The notes under the pieces were generated by a model. The model made no database searches. It was not told where the DNA came from and was given only the letters and a program-made list of their open reading frames with translations. Below are positions 56,187 through 64,000 of a DNA stretch of 64,000 nucleotides, in pieces (positions within the stretch are counted from its first letter, which is position 1; the number at the start of each line of letters is the position of its first letter). The translations under genes and the position numbers were made by a program. Source of the DNA: Gemmatimonadales bacterium (GTDB lineage Bacteria > Gemmatimonadota > Gemmatimonadetes > Gemmatimonadales > GWC2-71-9); the NCBI GenBank assembly GCA_039794085.1, contig JBDIWC010000001.1, positions 96,678 to 160,677 of the forward strand, read 5' to 3'.

Positions 56187-57310
56187 GCGACGGAATAACT
56201 GTGCGCCCGGTCCGCACGGGCAGAGATCTGCGGCGCTTCATCGACCTTCCATACCGGTTGCATCGGGGGGACCCCATGTGGGTCCCCCCGTTGCGTCGGG
56301 ACGTGAAGGCCCTGCTCTCGCGCACCCGGAACCCCTTCTTCGACCACGCCGAGGCCGAGTACTTTCTCGCCCTGCGGGAGGGGAAGGTCGTGGGCCGTGT
56401 CGCAGGCATCGTCAACCGGCTGCATAACGAGACCCACAACGATCGGACCGGCTTTTTCGGGTTCTTCGAAACCGAGCAGGACCCGGCGATCGCCCAGGCC
56501 CTGACCGACACCGCTGCGGCCTGGGTGCGGGAGCGGGGCATGACTGTCCTCCGCGGCCCGGCGTCTTTTTCGGTCAATGACGAGTGCGGCCTGCTGGTGG
56601 ATGGTTTCGACACACCGCCCACCGTCATGATGGCGCACAATCCCCCCTGGTACGAGTCCCTTCTCGTCTCGGCGGGATTTTCCCCCGTGAAGAATCTCCT
56701 CGTTTTCCAGGGGGACCATCGAAGCGGAGTCCCCGAGCGACTGACCCGGGCCATCGACCTCATCAAGAAACGACAGGGTCTCACTGTTCGCCCGATCAAC
56801 ATGAAACGGTTTGCCCACGAGGTGGAGACGATCAAGGAGCTCTACAACCGCGCCTGGGAGCGCAACTGGGGCTTCGTTCCGATGACGGATCGCGAGATCG
56901 ACCACGCGGCCTCCCGGTTCCGGCCGATCGTGGTTCCCGAACTGGCCCCGATCGTCGAGGTGGATGGACGCCCCATCGCCTTCGGGTTGGCCCTCCCGGA
57001 TGTGAATGTGCCGCTGCGATCGAATCGGTCGGGGTACTTTCTCCCCGCCCTGCCGAAACTCCTGTGGTCACTCCGGCGTGGAGGAAACTCCCGGATTCGA
57101 ATCCTCCTTCTGGGCATCACCCCCGAGTACCGGGGCAAGGGAATCGATGCCGTCCTCTACTACCATCTGTGGAAGGACAGCACCGACGTGGGGTTCTTCT
57201 GGGGTGAGGCAGGATGGATCCTGGAGGACAATCCGGCGATTCGCGCCGGGATGGAGAAGATCGGGTTCTCGGTCTACAAAACCTACCGGCTCTACGATCG
57301 GGACACATGA
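56183..57310 (+). CDS. GNAT-fold protein, probable bacterial ceramide synthase (start uncertain: CTG 56183 or GTG 56201)
   Basis: WVPPL, VGRVA, GFFGFFE, LRGP, MMAHNPPWY, NWGFVPMT, WILEDN, YKTYRLY. Confidence 0.75.
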   Translation: MSDGITVRPVRTGRDLRRFIDLPYRLHRGDPMWVPPLRRDVKALLSRTRNPFFDHAEAEYFLALREGKVVGRVAGIVNRLHNETHNDRTGFFGFFETEQDPAIAQALTDTAAAWVRERGMTVLRGPASFSVNDECGLLVDGFDTPPTVMMAHNPPWYESLLVSAGFSPVKNLLVFQGDHRSGVPERLTRAIDLIKKRQGLTVRPINMKRFAHEVETIKELYNRAWERNWGFVPMTDREIDHAASRFRPIVVPELAPIVEVDGRPIAFGLALPDVNVPLRSNRSGYFLPALPKLLWSLRRGGNSRIRILLLGITPEYRGKGIDAVLYYHLWKDSTDVGFFWGEAGWILEDNPAIRAGMEKIGFSVYKTYRLYDRDT

Positions 57311-58275
57311 AGGCGCTCGTCACCGGAGCGAGCGGGTTTGTCGGATCCCACCTGGTGGAGACCCTGCAGAGGGCGGGGTGGTCGGTGACCGTGCTGGTGC
57401 GCACCCCGGGGAAGCTCGAGAGGATCGGCATTCACGGGGTGCACTCCGTCGTGGGCGACCTCGCGAACCTGGAAACCCTGGGCCACGCCTGCCAGGGTCA
57501 GGATGTGGTGTTCCATGTGGCCGGCCTGGTGGCTGCCCGCACTCCCGAGGAGTACCTTGACGTCAACCGGGACGGCACCGCCCGCCTGGTGAGGGCGGCG
57601 GAATCGGCCGGGATCGGACGCCTGGTGCTGGTCTCTTCCCTTGCCGCCGCAGGCCCGAGCCAGGTCGGCGCTCCCCGCACCGAGGATCTCGTCCCCGCGC
57701 CCGTGACCGCCTACGGCCGAAGCAAGCTTGCCGCGGAGGACGTGGTGCGACGCTCCTCCCTCCCCTGGACCATCCTGCGGCCGCCCACCATCTACGGTCC
57801 GAGGGACCGGGAACTCCTCACCGCCTTCAAGGCGGCCCGCCTCGGGATCGCTCCCGTGTTCGGCGATGGCAGCCAGGAACTCTCGGTGATCCATGCCACC
57901 GATCTCGCCGAGGCCCTTCTCGCCTCGGCCACCGCCCCCGGGGCCGTCGGCCTCACCGCCTTCGCCTCCCATCCCGACGTCATGACCAGCGCTTCTCTGC
58001 TCCACACGATCGGCAGGAGTCTGGGACGAACCCCCTGGATCCTTCCCATCCCCCGCCCTGTCGGGACCCTGCTCCTCCGCATCACCGGAGCCGTCGCGGC
58101 GCTTGCGGGACGGGCCACGATCCTGAACCCCGACAAGGCCAACGAATTCTTTCAACCGGCTTGGACCTGCTCCCCCGACCGACTGGCCAAGGCGACGGGG
58201 TGGCGCGCTCGTATCGCCGTGGCCGAGGGGATCCCCGCAACGACTGCGTGGTACCGATCCTCCGGGTGGCTCTGA
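57307..58275 (+). CDS. Extended SDR (NAD-dependent epimerase/dehydratase), candidate ceramide reductase
   Basis: TGASGFVG, YGRSK, RPPTIYGP; ATGA overlap. Confidence 0.8.
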   Translation: MKALVTGASGFVGSHLVETLQRAGWSVTVLVRTPGKLERIGIHGVHSVVGDLANLETLGHACQGQDVVFHVAGLVAARTPEEYLDVNRDGTARLVRAAESAGIGRLVLVSSLAAAGPSQVGAPRTEDLVPAPVTAYGRSKLAAEDVVRRSSLPWTILRPPTIYGPRDRELLTAFKAARLGIAPVFGDGSQELSVIHATDLAEALLASATAPGAVGLTAFASHPDVMTSASLLHTIGRSLGRTPWILPIPRPVGTLLLRITGAVAALAGRATILNPDKANEFFQPAWTCSPDRLAKATGWRARIAVAEGIPATTAWYRSSGWL

Positions 58276-58324
58276 AGACAAGCTTTCGCTTTTCCGCGTC
58301 CGTTTCGGTGGTTCATGGTCGTGG

Positions 58325-58363
58325 AAAAACAGATGGCGCCGGATCCCGAGGGACCCGGCGCCA
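58325..58363 (-). terminator. Intrinsic terminator of the copper-protein gene
   Basis: TGGCGCCGG...CCGGCGCCA stem followed on the minus strand by TCTGTTTTT. Confidence 0.7.
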
Positions 58364-58383
58364 CAGGCAATGAGCGTTCGAGC

Positions 58384-58845
58384 TTACTGGACCGTGATCT
58401 TGCCGTGCATGCCAAGCGCCATGTGCGGCAGGCAGGTAAACTTGTACTCGCCCGATGGGGTGCCGACGAAGGTGATGCTGTACACCGCATTCGGCTCGGC
58501 GAGAAGCGGGCCCTGGAGAGGACCGAGCTTGTCGCCCGGCATCCCGGCATCGAGCGCCTCGGCGGACCCGGCGGGAATGCTGTCCGCATAGAACTGCACG
58601 TTGTGAGGACCACCGCTCACATTGTGGAAATTGACCGCGTCCCCCGTGGCAATAGTGAGCTCGGCCGGCACGAAGAGGTACGCGGTCCCCTCCTGAACCA
58701 TGTTCACGTCGTGGGTGGCTCCGGTGGCCGTCGGAGTGGCCGCCGGGGCGGGCTCGGCGGCGGCGGGGGCCTCGGCGGCGGGTTCACCGCCTCCACAGGC
58801 GGCGAGGATGAGGGCCAGACCGGCAAACTTCGAAACGTTCCGCAT
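58384..58845 (-). CDS. Plastocyanin-like type-1 blue copper lipoprotein
   Basis: Lipobox LAAC; GGPHNV and CLPHMALGM (His, Cys, His, Met ligands). Confidence 0.92.
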   Translation of the reverse strand: MRNVSKFAGLALILAACGGGEPAAEAPAAAEPAPAATPTATGATHDVNMVQEGTAYLFVPAELTIATGDAVNFHNVSGGPHNVQFYADSIPAGSAEALDAGMPGDKLGPLQGPLLAEPNAVYSITFVGTPSGEYKFTCLPHMALGMHGKITVQ

Positions 58846-58939
58846 GTGTACTGCCTCCAGAAGGGTCGACGAATGGGACAAGAGACGCACCGAGCCACCT
58901 CCAGCATCCGAAGCTCGGCCATTGCCCCGGATGCCAGCT

Positions 58940-58955
58940 TGTGAATAAGTTCACC
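58940..58955. promoter_or_regulatory. CRP/FNR-type binding site in a divergent intergenic region
   Basis: TGTGA-ATAAGT-TCACC, 9/10 match to TGTGA-N6-TCACA. Confidence 0.6.
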
Positions 58956-59023
58956 AAACATATCGAGATATCTCCCGAAAAGCCACCCGACCCGACGGCA
59001 CCCCGTCCCCGGAACTGAACCCG

Positions 59024-59812
59024 ATGACTCCACACCTCCCCCCTCCCTGCAGTCGCATGGGGGTGCATTGCGACTCCCTCTCCGTGGTCCTCCGTGTGTC
59101 CCACATCGAGGGGGGGCTCGAGACGACTGATGACGAGGCGACCTGGCTCCTCGGGCACACCGAACGCATCACCTTCGGGGACCTCTGGCGCGATGAGGAG
59201 GACCTCTACGTGGACGCGACGCTCCATGTCCCGTGCAAGTACCTTCAATCATCGGCTCACGGAGTGTCCTGCCGGGCTCACGGTCACAGCGCACCCTCTA
59301 TTCGGCACCGGCCCCGGCCGGTTCAGGGAAGACGATTGGGCGGCGAACAGTTTCGGGTCGCCGACCAGGGACGCCTGAAGGCGCGACGGCTTCCCATGTC
59401 CCCGGAGCCCCCCCGCAAGAGGGGACTTCCGGTCATCGAGGAGAACCCCTGCGCCACGGCGGCCTGCCGCACTTCGGACAACCGGCAGGGAGCGGCGTGC
59501 TGCCGGGATCTTCAGGTCGAGATCATGTGTACCCGGTCGGAGGCCCGGCTGGAATCCCTGCTCCGCTCCCGACGGAGCCCGTACCTGTGCAAGGTCACCC
59601 GGACCGGGGACTTCACGGTGGACGCCGAGGTGCTGTCAGCGTGTGGGTACCTGGGAGACGATTCGGTGAGCTGCAGCCTTCATGGGCGGAAGCGACCCGA
59701 CGGACGGCCCGCCAAACCGAAGCTCTGCTTCACGTGGCCCCCCAAGCGGGAGGTCCTGCATTTCGGGTGTGTTCTGGGACCCCGGAACCGGCGCCGGACC
59801 CGTCGGCCGTGA
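59024..59812 (+). CDS. Cys-rich YkgJ-like (zinc/Fe-S cluster) protein
   Basis: AACCRD, CGYL....SCSLH...KPKLC..WP, plus an N-terminal degenerate copy (PCKYL...CRAH). Confidence 0.6.
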   Translation: MTPHLPPPCSRMGVHCDSLSVVLRVSHIEGGLETTDDEATWLLGHTERITFGDLWRDEEDLYVDATLHVPCKYLQSSAHGVSCRAHGHSAPSIRHRPRPVQGRRLGGEQFRVADQGRLKARRLPMSPEPPRKRGLPVIEENPCATAACRTSDNRQGAACCRDLQVEIMCTRSEARLESLLRSRRSPYLCKVTRTGDFTVDAEVLSACGYLGDDSVSCSLHGRKRPDGRPAKPKLCFTWPPKREVLHFGCVLGPRNRRRTRRP

Positions 59813-59893
59813 GCCCGGTGTGCACCATTGGGAGGTTCGGAGCGTCTTATCAGGGAAGACCAGGCTCCGGAAACTCCTCGGGGGGGTACCAGC

Positions 59894-60415
59894 ATGGATG
59901 ACATCGAGCGCCTGTACCAGACCATGTATGGGTCGGTCGTCCGGTTCCTCTACCGGAAGGTGTGGGATGAGGACCGGGCCGAAGACCTGGCCCAGGAGGT
60001 GTTCATTCGGGCCATGGCCCACCGGCCCGAGAAGCCTCGCGCCTGGATCTTTGCCGTCGCGGCCAATCTGGCGCGAGACGAGGCCCGGGCCGCCATCCGT
60101 CGCCGGAAACACCTGACCCTGCTGACCAACGACCCGGTTCCCCTCTCCAGTCCCGACCGGTCGGCCGAGGAAAGCGTCGAACGGCAGGAGCAAATGGCCC
60201 AGGTCCAGCAGGCACTCGGAACCTTGTCCCCGCGGGACCGGGACGTCCTGCTTCTCTGGGATGCGGGGATGAGCTATCCTGAGATTGCGCAGCAAACCGG
60301 GCTCGCAGTGGGTGCCGTGGGGACCACTCTGGCACGGGCCCGCAAGAGATTGGTCGAGGCCCACGACCGAAATGATCACGGGACGGACGAGGCGAGACAT
60401 GCGGCGCATTCCTGA
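59894..60415 (+). CDS. ECF sigma factor
   Basis: AEDLAQEVF, AWIFAVAANLARD, L..RDR.VLLL...GMSY.EIA, L.RARKRL. Confidence 0.92.
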   Translation: MDDIERLYQTMYGSVVRFLYRKVWDEDRAEDLAQEVFIRAMAHRPEKPRAWIFAVAANLARDEARAAIRRRKHLTLLTNDPVPLSSPDRSAEESVERQEQMAQVQQALGTLSPRDRDVLLLWDAGMSYPEIAQQTGLAVGAVGTTLARARKRLVEAHDRNDHGTDEARHAAHS

Positions 60416-61418
60416 TCCGACCATGAGGCACATCCCTGAGGAGGAGCTGCACGCCTACCTGGACCAGGCACTCAGCCGGAATCAGTGCGTGGAAATCGAA
60501 TGTCATCTGGCCGTCTGCCCGTGGTGCCGGGAGGAACGGGACGCCATCGCCTCGCTGCGGGACCGGACCACCGCCCTCCTGGGGATTCTCGGACCTCGGC
60601 GGATTCCCGTCCTCCCTCCGATCGAGACCCTGGCCCGCCGGAAACCAGCCATTCACATCCCTTCCCCCTGGTCTCGCCGGGGCCGGTGGGCCGCCATGGT
60701 GGCCGGGGCGGTCCTGTCCGGGTATGGGATTCACTCCTTCCTCGACCGCCAGGCCGCCCGGGGCAGTGTCCCGGTGGCGGCCGCTGACAGCGCGGCCCCG
60801 GTCGCCGCGCCCCCGATGACCGTCCCTCTCGTCGTCCCCCCGACTCTCGTGGATTCGGACCTGCGGGAGAGCGAGGGAGGCCCTCCGGGCACCCTGTCCA
60901 CTCAGACGGTCACCCATCGCCCCGACGCACCGCCCCCCCTCCCCAACCGCGTCTCCGACTCTCCGGTCCGCACTCTCGACATCCGGTCGGTGCGCGGGGG
61001 AAGCGACGCCAACGAGCTGGCCCTGGGCGGCCTCTGGAAGACGGTCCCCTGGGAGGAGGCCGAGGGACTGACCAGCAACATGCTCCCCCGGATCGAGGGG
61101 CTCCCGGTCCTCGAGGTCCGTGTCCAGCAGCGGTCCCCCGAGGAGCGCCCCCTGGTGATCGTCACCCAGCAATACCCCGGGGGAGAAACGGTCCGGACGA
61201 TCGAGGGCCCCGTGGAGGCGGTGGCGAGCCTGGTGACCCAGCAGATCGATGTGGCCGGGACCGAATGGCGCACCAGCGACCCGACGCGGACCCCCCCGGA
61301 ATACATCGGAACCGCCGGGGGGAGCCTCCCTCGCCGCAGCATCCGGGCGATGACCGTGATCGGGCGACTCCCGGCCGACACGCTGAACGCGCTCCGCCGA
61401 AGGCTGGCGCTCAGGTAG
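60399..61418 (+). CDS. Zinc-binding (zf-HC2) transmembrane anti-sigma factor
   Basis: H..EEELHAYLD...HLAVCPWC; single TM helix; extracytoplasmic tail. Confidence 0.85.
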   Translation: MRRIPDPTMRHIPEEELHAYLDQALSRNQCVEIECHLAVCPWCREERDAIASLRDRTTALLGILGPRRIPVLPPIETLARRKPAIHIPSPWSRRGRWAAMVAGAVLSGYGIHSFLDRQAARGSVPVAAADSAAPVAAPPMTVPLVVPPTLVDSDLRESEGGPPGTLSTQTVTHRPDAPPPLPNRVSDSPVRTLDIRSVRGGSDANELALGGLWKTVPWEEAEGLTSNMLPRIEGLPVLEVRVQQRSPEERPLVIVTQQYPGGETVRTIEGPVEAVASLVTQQIDVAGTEWRTSDPTRTPPEYIGTAGGSLPRRSIRAMTVIGRLPADTLNALRRRLALR

Positions 61419-61427
61419 GGACGGGCA

Positions 61428-61628
61428 GGGAATCGGGAATAGGGAGTCGGGAACAGGGAGTCGGGAATAGGGGGGAGAGGGGGAGGGTGTAGATAGTGGG
61501 TGGCCAGCCCAGGGCTGGGCCACGCCATTATTGTCGCACGCGGCGAACCGTTCCCCGCTGTCCCCCAAGCGGGGCTGACCATCGCAGGGGCATCAGCAGT
61601 CCCCTGCTCCCCACTCCCCACTCCCTAC
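61428..61628. repeat. Heptamer arrays between convergent genes
   Basis: (GGGAATC/GGGAGTC/GGGAATA)n at 61428-61472; (CCCCACT)n near 61601-61628. Confidence 0.75.
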
Positions 61629-61987
61629 GTGAGCGCCCTCCGCTCCTCCTCCGTGAAGAGCCGGGACCGGGTCAGGAACCGCACCCCTTCGGGGGCCTCC
61701 AGGGAGAAGCCCGCCCCGCGGCCCGGCACCACGTCGATGGTGAGGTGGGTGTGCGCCCAGTATTCGAATTGCCGGCCACCGATATAGACCGGAGTTCCCG
61801 CCACCGTGCCCAGGAGCACGTCCTGCGCTCCGATCCGGAATTCGTTCCGAGGGTAGCACATCGGGGACGATCCGTCACAGCACCCTCCGCTCTGGTGCAA
61901 CAGAAGCGGCCCATGGGTCGCCTCGAGCGCCCGGAGTAACGCCGCCGCCGCATCGGTGATCTCGACGCGGCGGACGGCGGACGGCAT
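61625..61987 (-). CDS. DUF779 family protein
   Basis: HQSGGCCDGSSPMCY, QFEYWAHT, GRGAGFSLEAPEG.RF. Confidence 0.9.
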   Translation of the reverse strand: MPSAVRRVEITDAAAALLRALEATHGPLLLHQSGGCCDGSSPMCYPRNEFRIGAQDVLLGTVAGTPVYIGGRQFEYWAHTHLTIDVVPGRGAGFSLEAPEGVRFLTRSRLFTEEERRALT

Positions 61988-61995
61988 CTCCGGGC

Positions 61996-63540
61996 TCAAA
62001 AGAACCCCAGGGCCTTGGGACTGTAGGACACCAGCAGGTTCTTGGTGTTCTGGTAATGATCCAGCATCATCTTGTGGTTTTCCCGGCCGATGCCGGACTG
62101 CTTGTATCCTCCGAAGGCGGCGTGCGCCGGGTAGAGATGGTAGCAGTTGGTCCAGACCCGGCCGGCCCGGATGCCGCGCCCCATTGCGTAGCAGGTGTTC
62201 ACGTCGCGACTCCACACTCCGGCGCCGAGACCATAGAGGGTATCGTTGGCGATGGTGAGGGCGTCATCAGCATCCGTGAACCGGGTGACCGCGAGGACCG
62301 GCCCGAAGATCTCCTCCTGGAAGATGCGCATCCGGTTGTGACCCTCGAACACCGTCGGCTCCACGTAATACCCGTCGGCCAGGTCTCCTCCGAGCGAAGC
62401 GCGTTCCCCTCCGGCCAGGATCCGGGCACCTTCGGCCTTTCCGATGTCGATGTAGCTCAGGATCTTCTCCAGTTGGTCGTTGGACGCCTGGGCGCCGATC
62501 ATCGTGGCCGGATCGAGGGGATCACCCTGCACAATCTTCTCCACCCGCGCAATCGCGCGCTCCATGAACCGGTCATAGATGGAATCCTGCACCAGCGCAC
62601 GCGAGGGGCAGGTACAGACCTCACCCTGGTTCAGGGCGAACATGGCGAAACCCTCGAGGCACTTGTCGAAGTAGTCGTCGTCGGCGGCCATCACATCGGC
62701 GAAGAAGACGTTGGGGCTCTTTCCCCCCAGTTCCAGCGTGACCGGAATGAGGTTTTCCGAGGCGTACTGACTGATCAGGCGGCCGGTGGTCGTCTCACCG
62801 GTGAAGGCGATCTTGGCGATCCGGGGGCTCGAGGCCAGCGGCTTTCCCGCCTCGACCCCGAAGCCCTGCACCACGTTGACGACTCCGCTCGGCAGGATGT
62901 CGGCGATCAGTTCCATGAAGGCCATGATCGACACCGGCGTCTGCTCGGCGGGTTTGATCACGACACAGTTTCCCGCGGCCAGGGCCGGCGCCAACTTCCA
63001 CACGGCCATGAGGAGCGGAAAGTTCCAGGGGATAATCTGGCCGACCACACCCAGGGGCTCATGGAAGTGATACGCCACGGTCTCCTCATCGATCATTCCG
63101 ATCGAGCCCTCCTGGGCCCGGATCACCCCGGCGAAATACCGGAAGTGGTCCACCGCCAGCGCCATGTCGGCATGGATCGACTCGCGGATCGGCTTGCCAT
63201 TGTCGATCGTCTCGATCGCCGCCACGGCCTCCAGATTCTGCTCCAGACGATCGGCGATGCGATTCAGGATGTTGGCGCGCGTGGTCGTGGAGGTCTTGTT
63301 CCAGTGGATCGCGGCGGCGTGGGCGGCGTCGAGTGCCCGGTCCACATCCTCATGGGTGGAGCGAGCCACCTCACAGAGTGGCTTGCCGTTCACCGGGGAC
63401 GGGTTGACGAAGTACTGCCCCCGCACCGGCGGAGCGTACTCCCCGCCGATCCAGTTGTCGTACCGGGGGCGAATCGGGATCGGGAGGGATGTGGCGGACG
63501 CGGGAAGCTGTTGCGAAGGGCTGGGGGCGGTGTGGGTCAT
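61996..63540 (-). CDS. Acetaldehyde dehydrogenase (ExaC/AldB type)
   Basis: [46 protein letters not shown]; adjacent to DUF779. Confidence 0.95.
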   Translation of the reverse strand: MTHTAPSPSQQLPASATSLPIPIRPRYDNWIGGEYAPPVRGQYFVNPSPVNGKPLCEVARSTHEDVDRALDAAHAAAIHWNKTSTTTRANILNRIADRLEQNLEAVAAIETIDNGKPIRESIHADMALAVDHFRYFAGVIRAQEGSIGMIDEETVAYHFHEPLGVVGQIIPWNFPLLMAVWKLAPALAAGNCVVIKPAEQTPVSIMAFMELIADILPSGVVNVVQGFGVEAGKPLASSPRIAKIAFTGETTTGRLISQYASENLIPVTLELGGKSPNVFFADVMAADDDYFDKCLEGFAMFALNQGEVCTCPSRALVQDSIYDRFMERAIARVEKIVQGDPLDPATMIGAQASNDQLEKILSYIDIGKAEGARILAGGERASLGGDLADGYYVEPTVFEGHNRMRIFQEEIFGPVLAVTRFTDADDALTIANDTLYGLGAGVWSRDVNTCYAMGRGIRAGRVWTNCYHLYPAHAAFGGYKQSGIGRENHKMMLDHYQNTKNLLVSYSPKALGFF

Positions 63541-63830
63541 GACAACGACTCCCTCACATGATGCCAGACGGACGGCTGGAAACGGGACGGACCCCTGTGA
63601 ACTAAGGCGTAATCATGTGGATTGGCAAGGAGGGCGGTCAGGAGCGAGTTCGCGGCCCGTCACACCGTCATTCGGTCCGGTCACATTCACCGCGGGTGAA
63701 CATGGAGCCCGGCTTCGCCAGGGTGTTATCTCCCAAGGGGCCTGACCCCGGTCGCCGGGGTGACGTCCCCTATGAGGCCCGCCCCCCTGAGCCATCGACG
63801 GGACGGATTCTCAGGATCCCTTCCTCCCTC

Positions 63831-63858
63831 CAACTTCAAACTTCAAACTTCAAACTTC
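63831..63858. repeat. Heptamer array (AACTTCA)x4
   Basis: CAACTTCAAACTTCAAACTTCAAACTTC. Confidence 0.9.
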
Positions 63859-64000
63859 GGTTCTTCTCCAATTTAGGTGCAGGATCGGCCCGGGAACGCC
63901 TGCTTGACCCTGGGGGCGAAGTAGTCCGGATGGTGGAATCCGTCCGCTTTGCGCGTGATCGCCTGGATGCGGGTGTTCACTCTTTCGCTTCTTCTCCAGT
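63859..64000 (-). mobile_element. ISL3-family transposase 3' remnant with right end
   Basis: Minus frame ERVNTRIQAITRKADGFHHPDYFAPRVKQAFPG..* (stop 63873) resembles ISL3 C-termini; terminus GGTTCTT at 63859. Confidence 0.6.

Noticed and set aside
63541..63830. Sigma-54 promoter or activator sites upstream of the acetaldehyde dehydrogenase
   Set aside because: A TGGCA is present but lacks a correctly spaced TTGC; the small palindromes are too weak to call.

Overview
High-GC bacterial chromosomal window (roughly 70% GC by eye). Gene content suggests Gemmatimonadota (inference): barrel-less TonB-plug proteins, DUF2911 paralogues, an M6 protease and a YlbF gene inside the prfA operon. 1-26 kb is largely housekeeping: rpmE-prfA-prmC-ylbF-tmk-S41 protease; Crp-MBL-CsgG/TPR; sigma-70-yajQ-spoIID-oxidoreductase-DUF4105; larE-thpR-sigma-54 regulator; arfB; tonB; pxpABC-NRAMP; FNR. 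26-44 kb is an accessory, repeat-rich zone with arsR-arsM-dinB, a low-GC cassette (secreted 6-Cys peptide plus a thioredoxin-fold protein) between two near-identical paralogues, mazF and ADH remnants, comM, a ~304-bp tandem repeat, SPFH-RHH and a penicillin acylase. 44-64 kb holds TetR-RND-ABC, an M6 protease operon, a putative spt-bCerS-cerR ceramide operon, a blue copper protein, an ECF/anti-sigma pair, ALDH-DUF779 and an ISL3 remnant. Best candidates for undescribed biology: (1) an M6 protease with a dockerin-like tail, translationally coupled to a cohesin-like lipoprotein; (2) the ceramide operon; (3) the Cys-rich peptide cassette; (4) several families of 7-nt and 9-nt periodic intergenic repeats that coincide with gene breakpoints. 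No rRNA, tRNA or CRISPR array was seen. All calls come from manual motif recognition; no searches were run.
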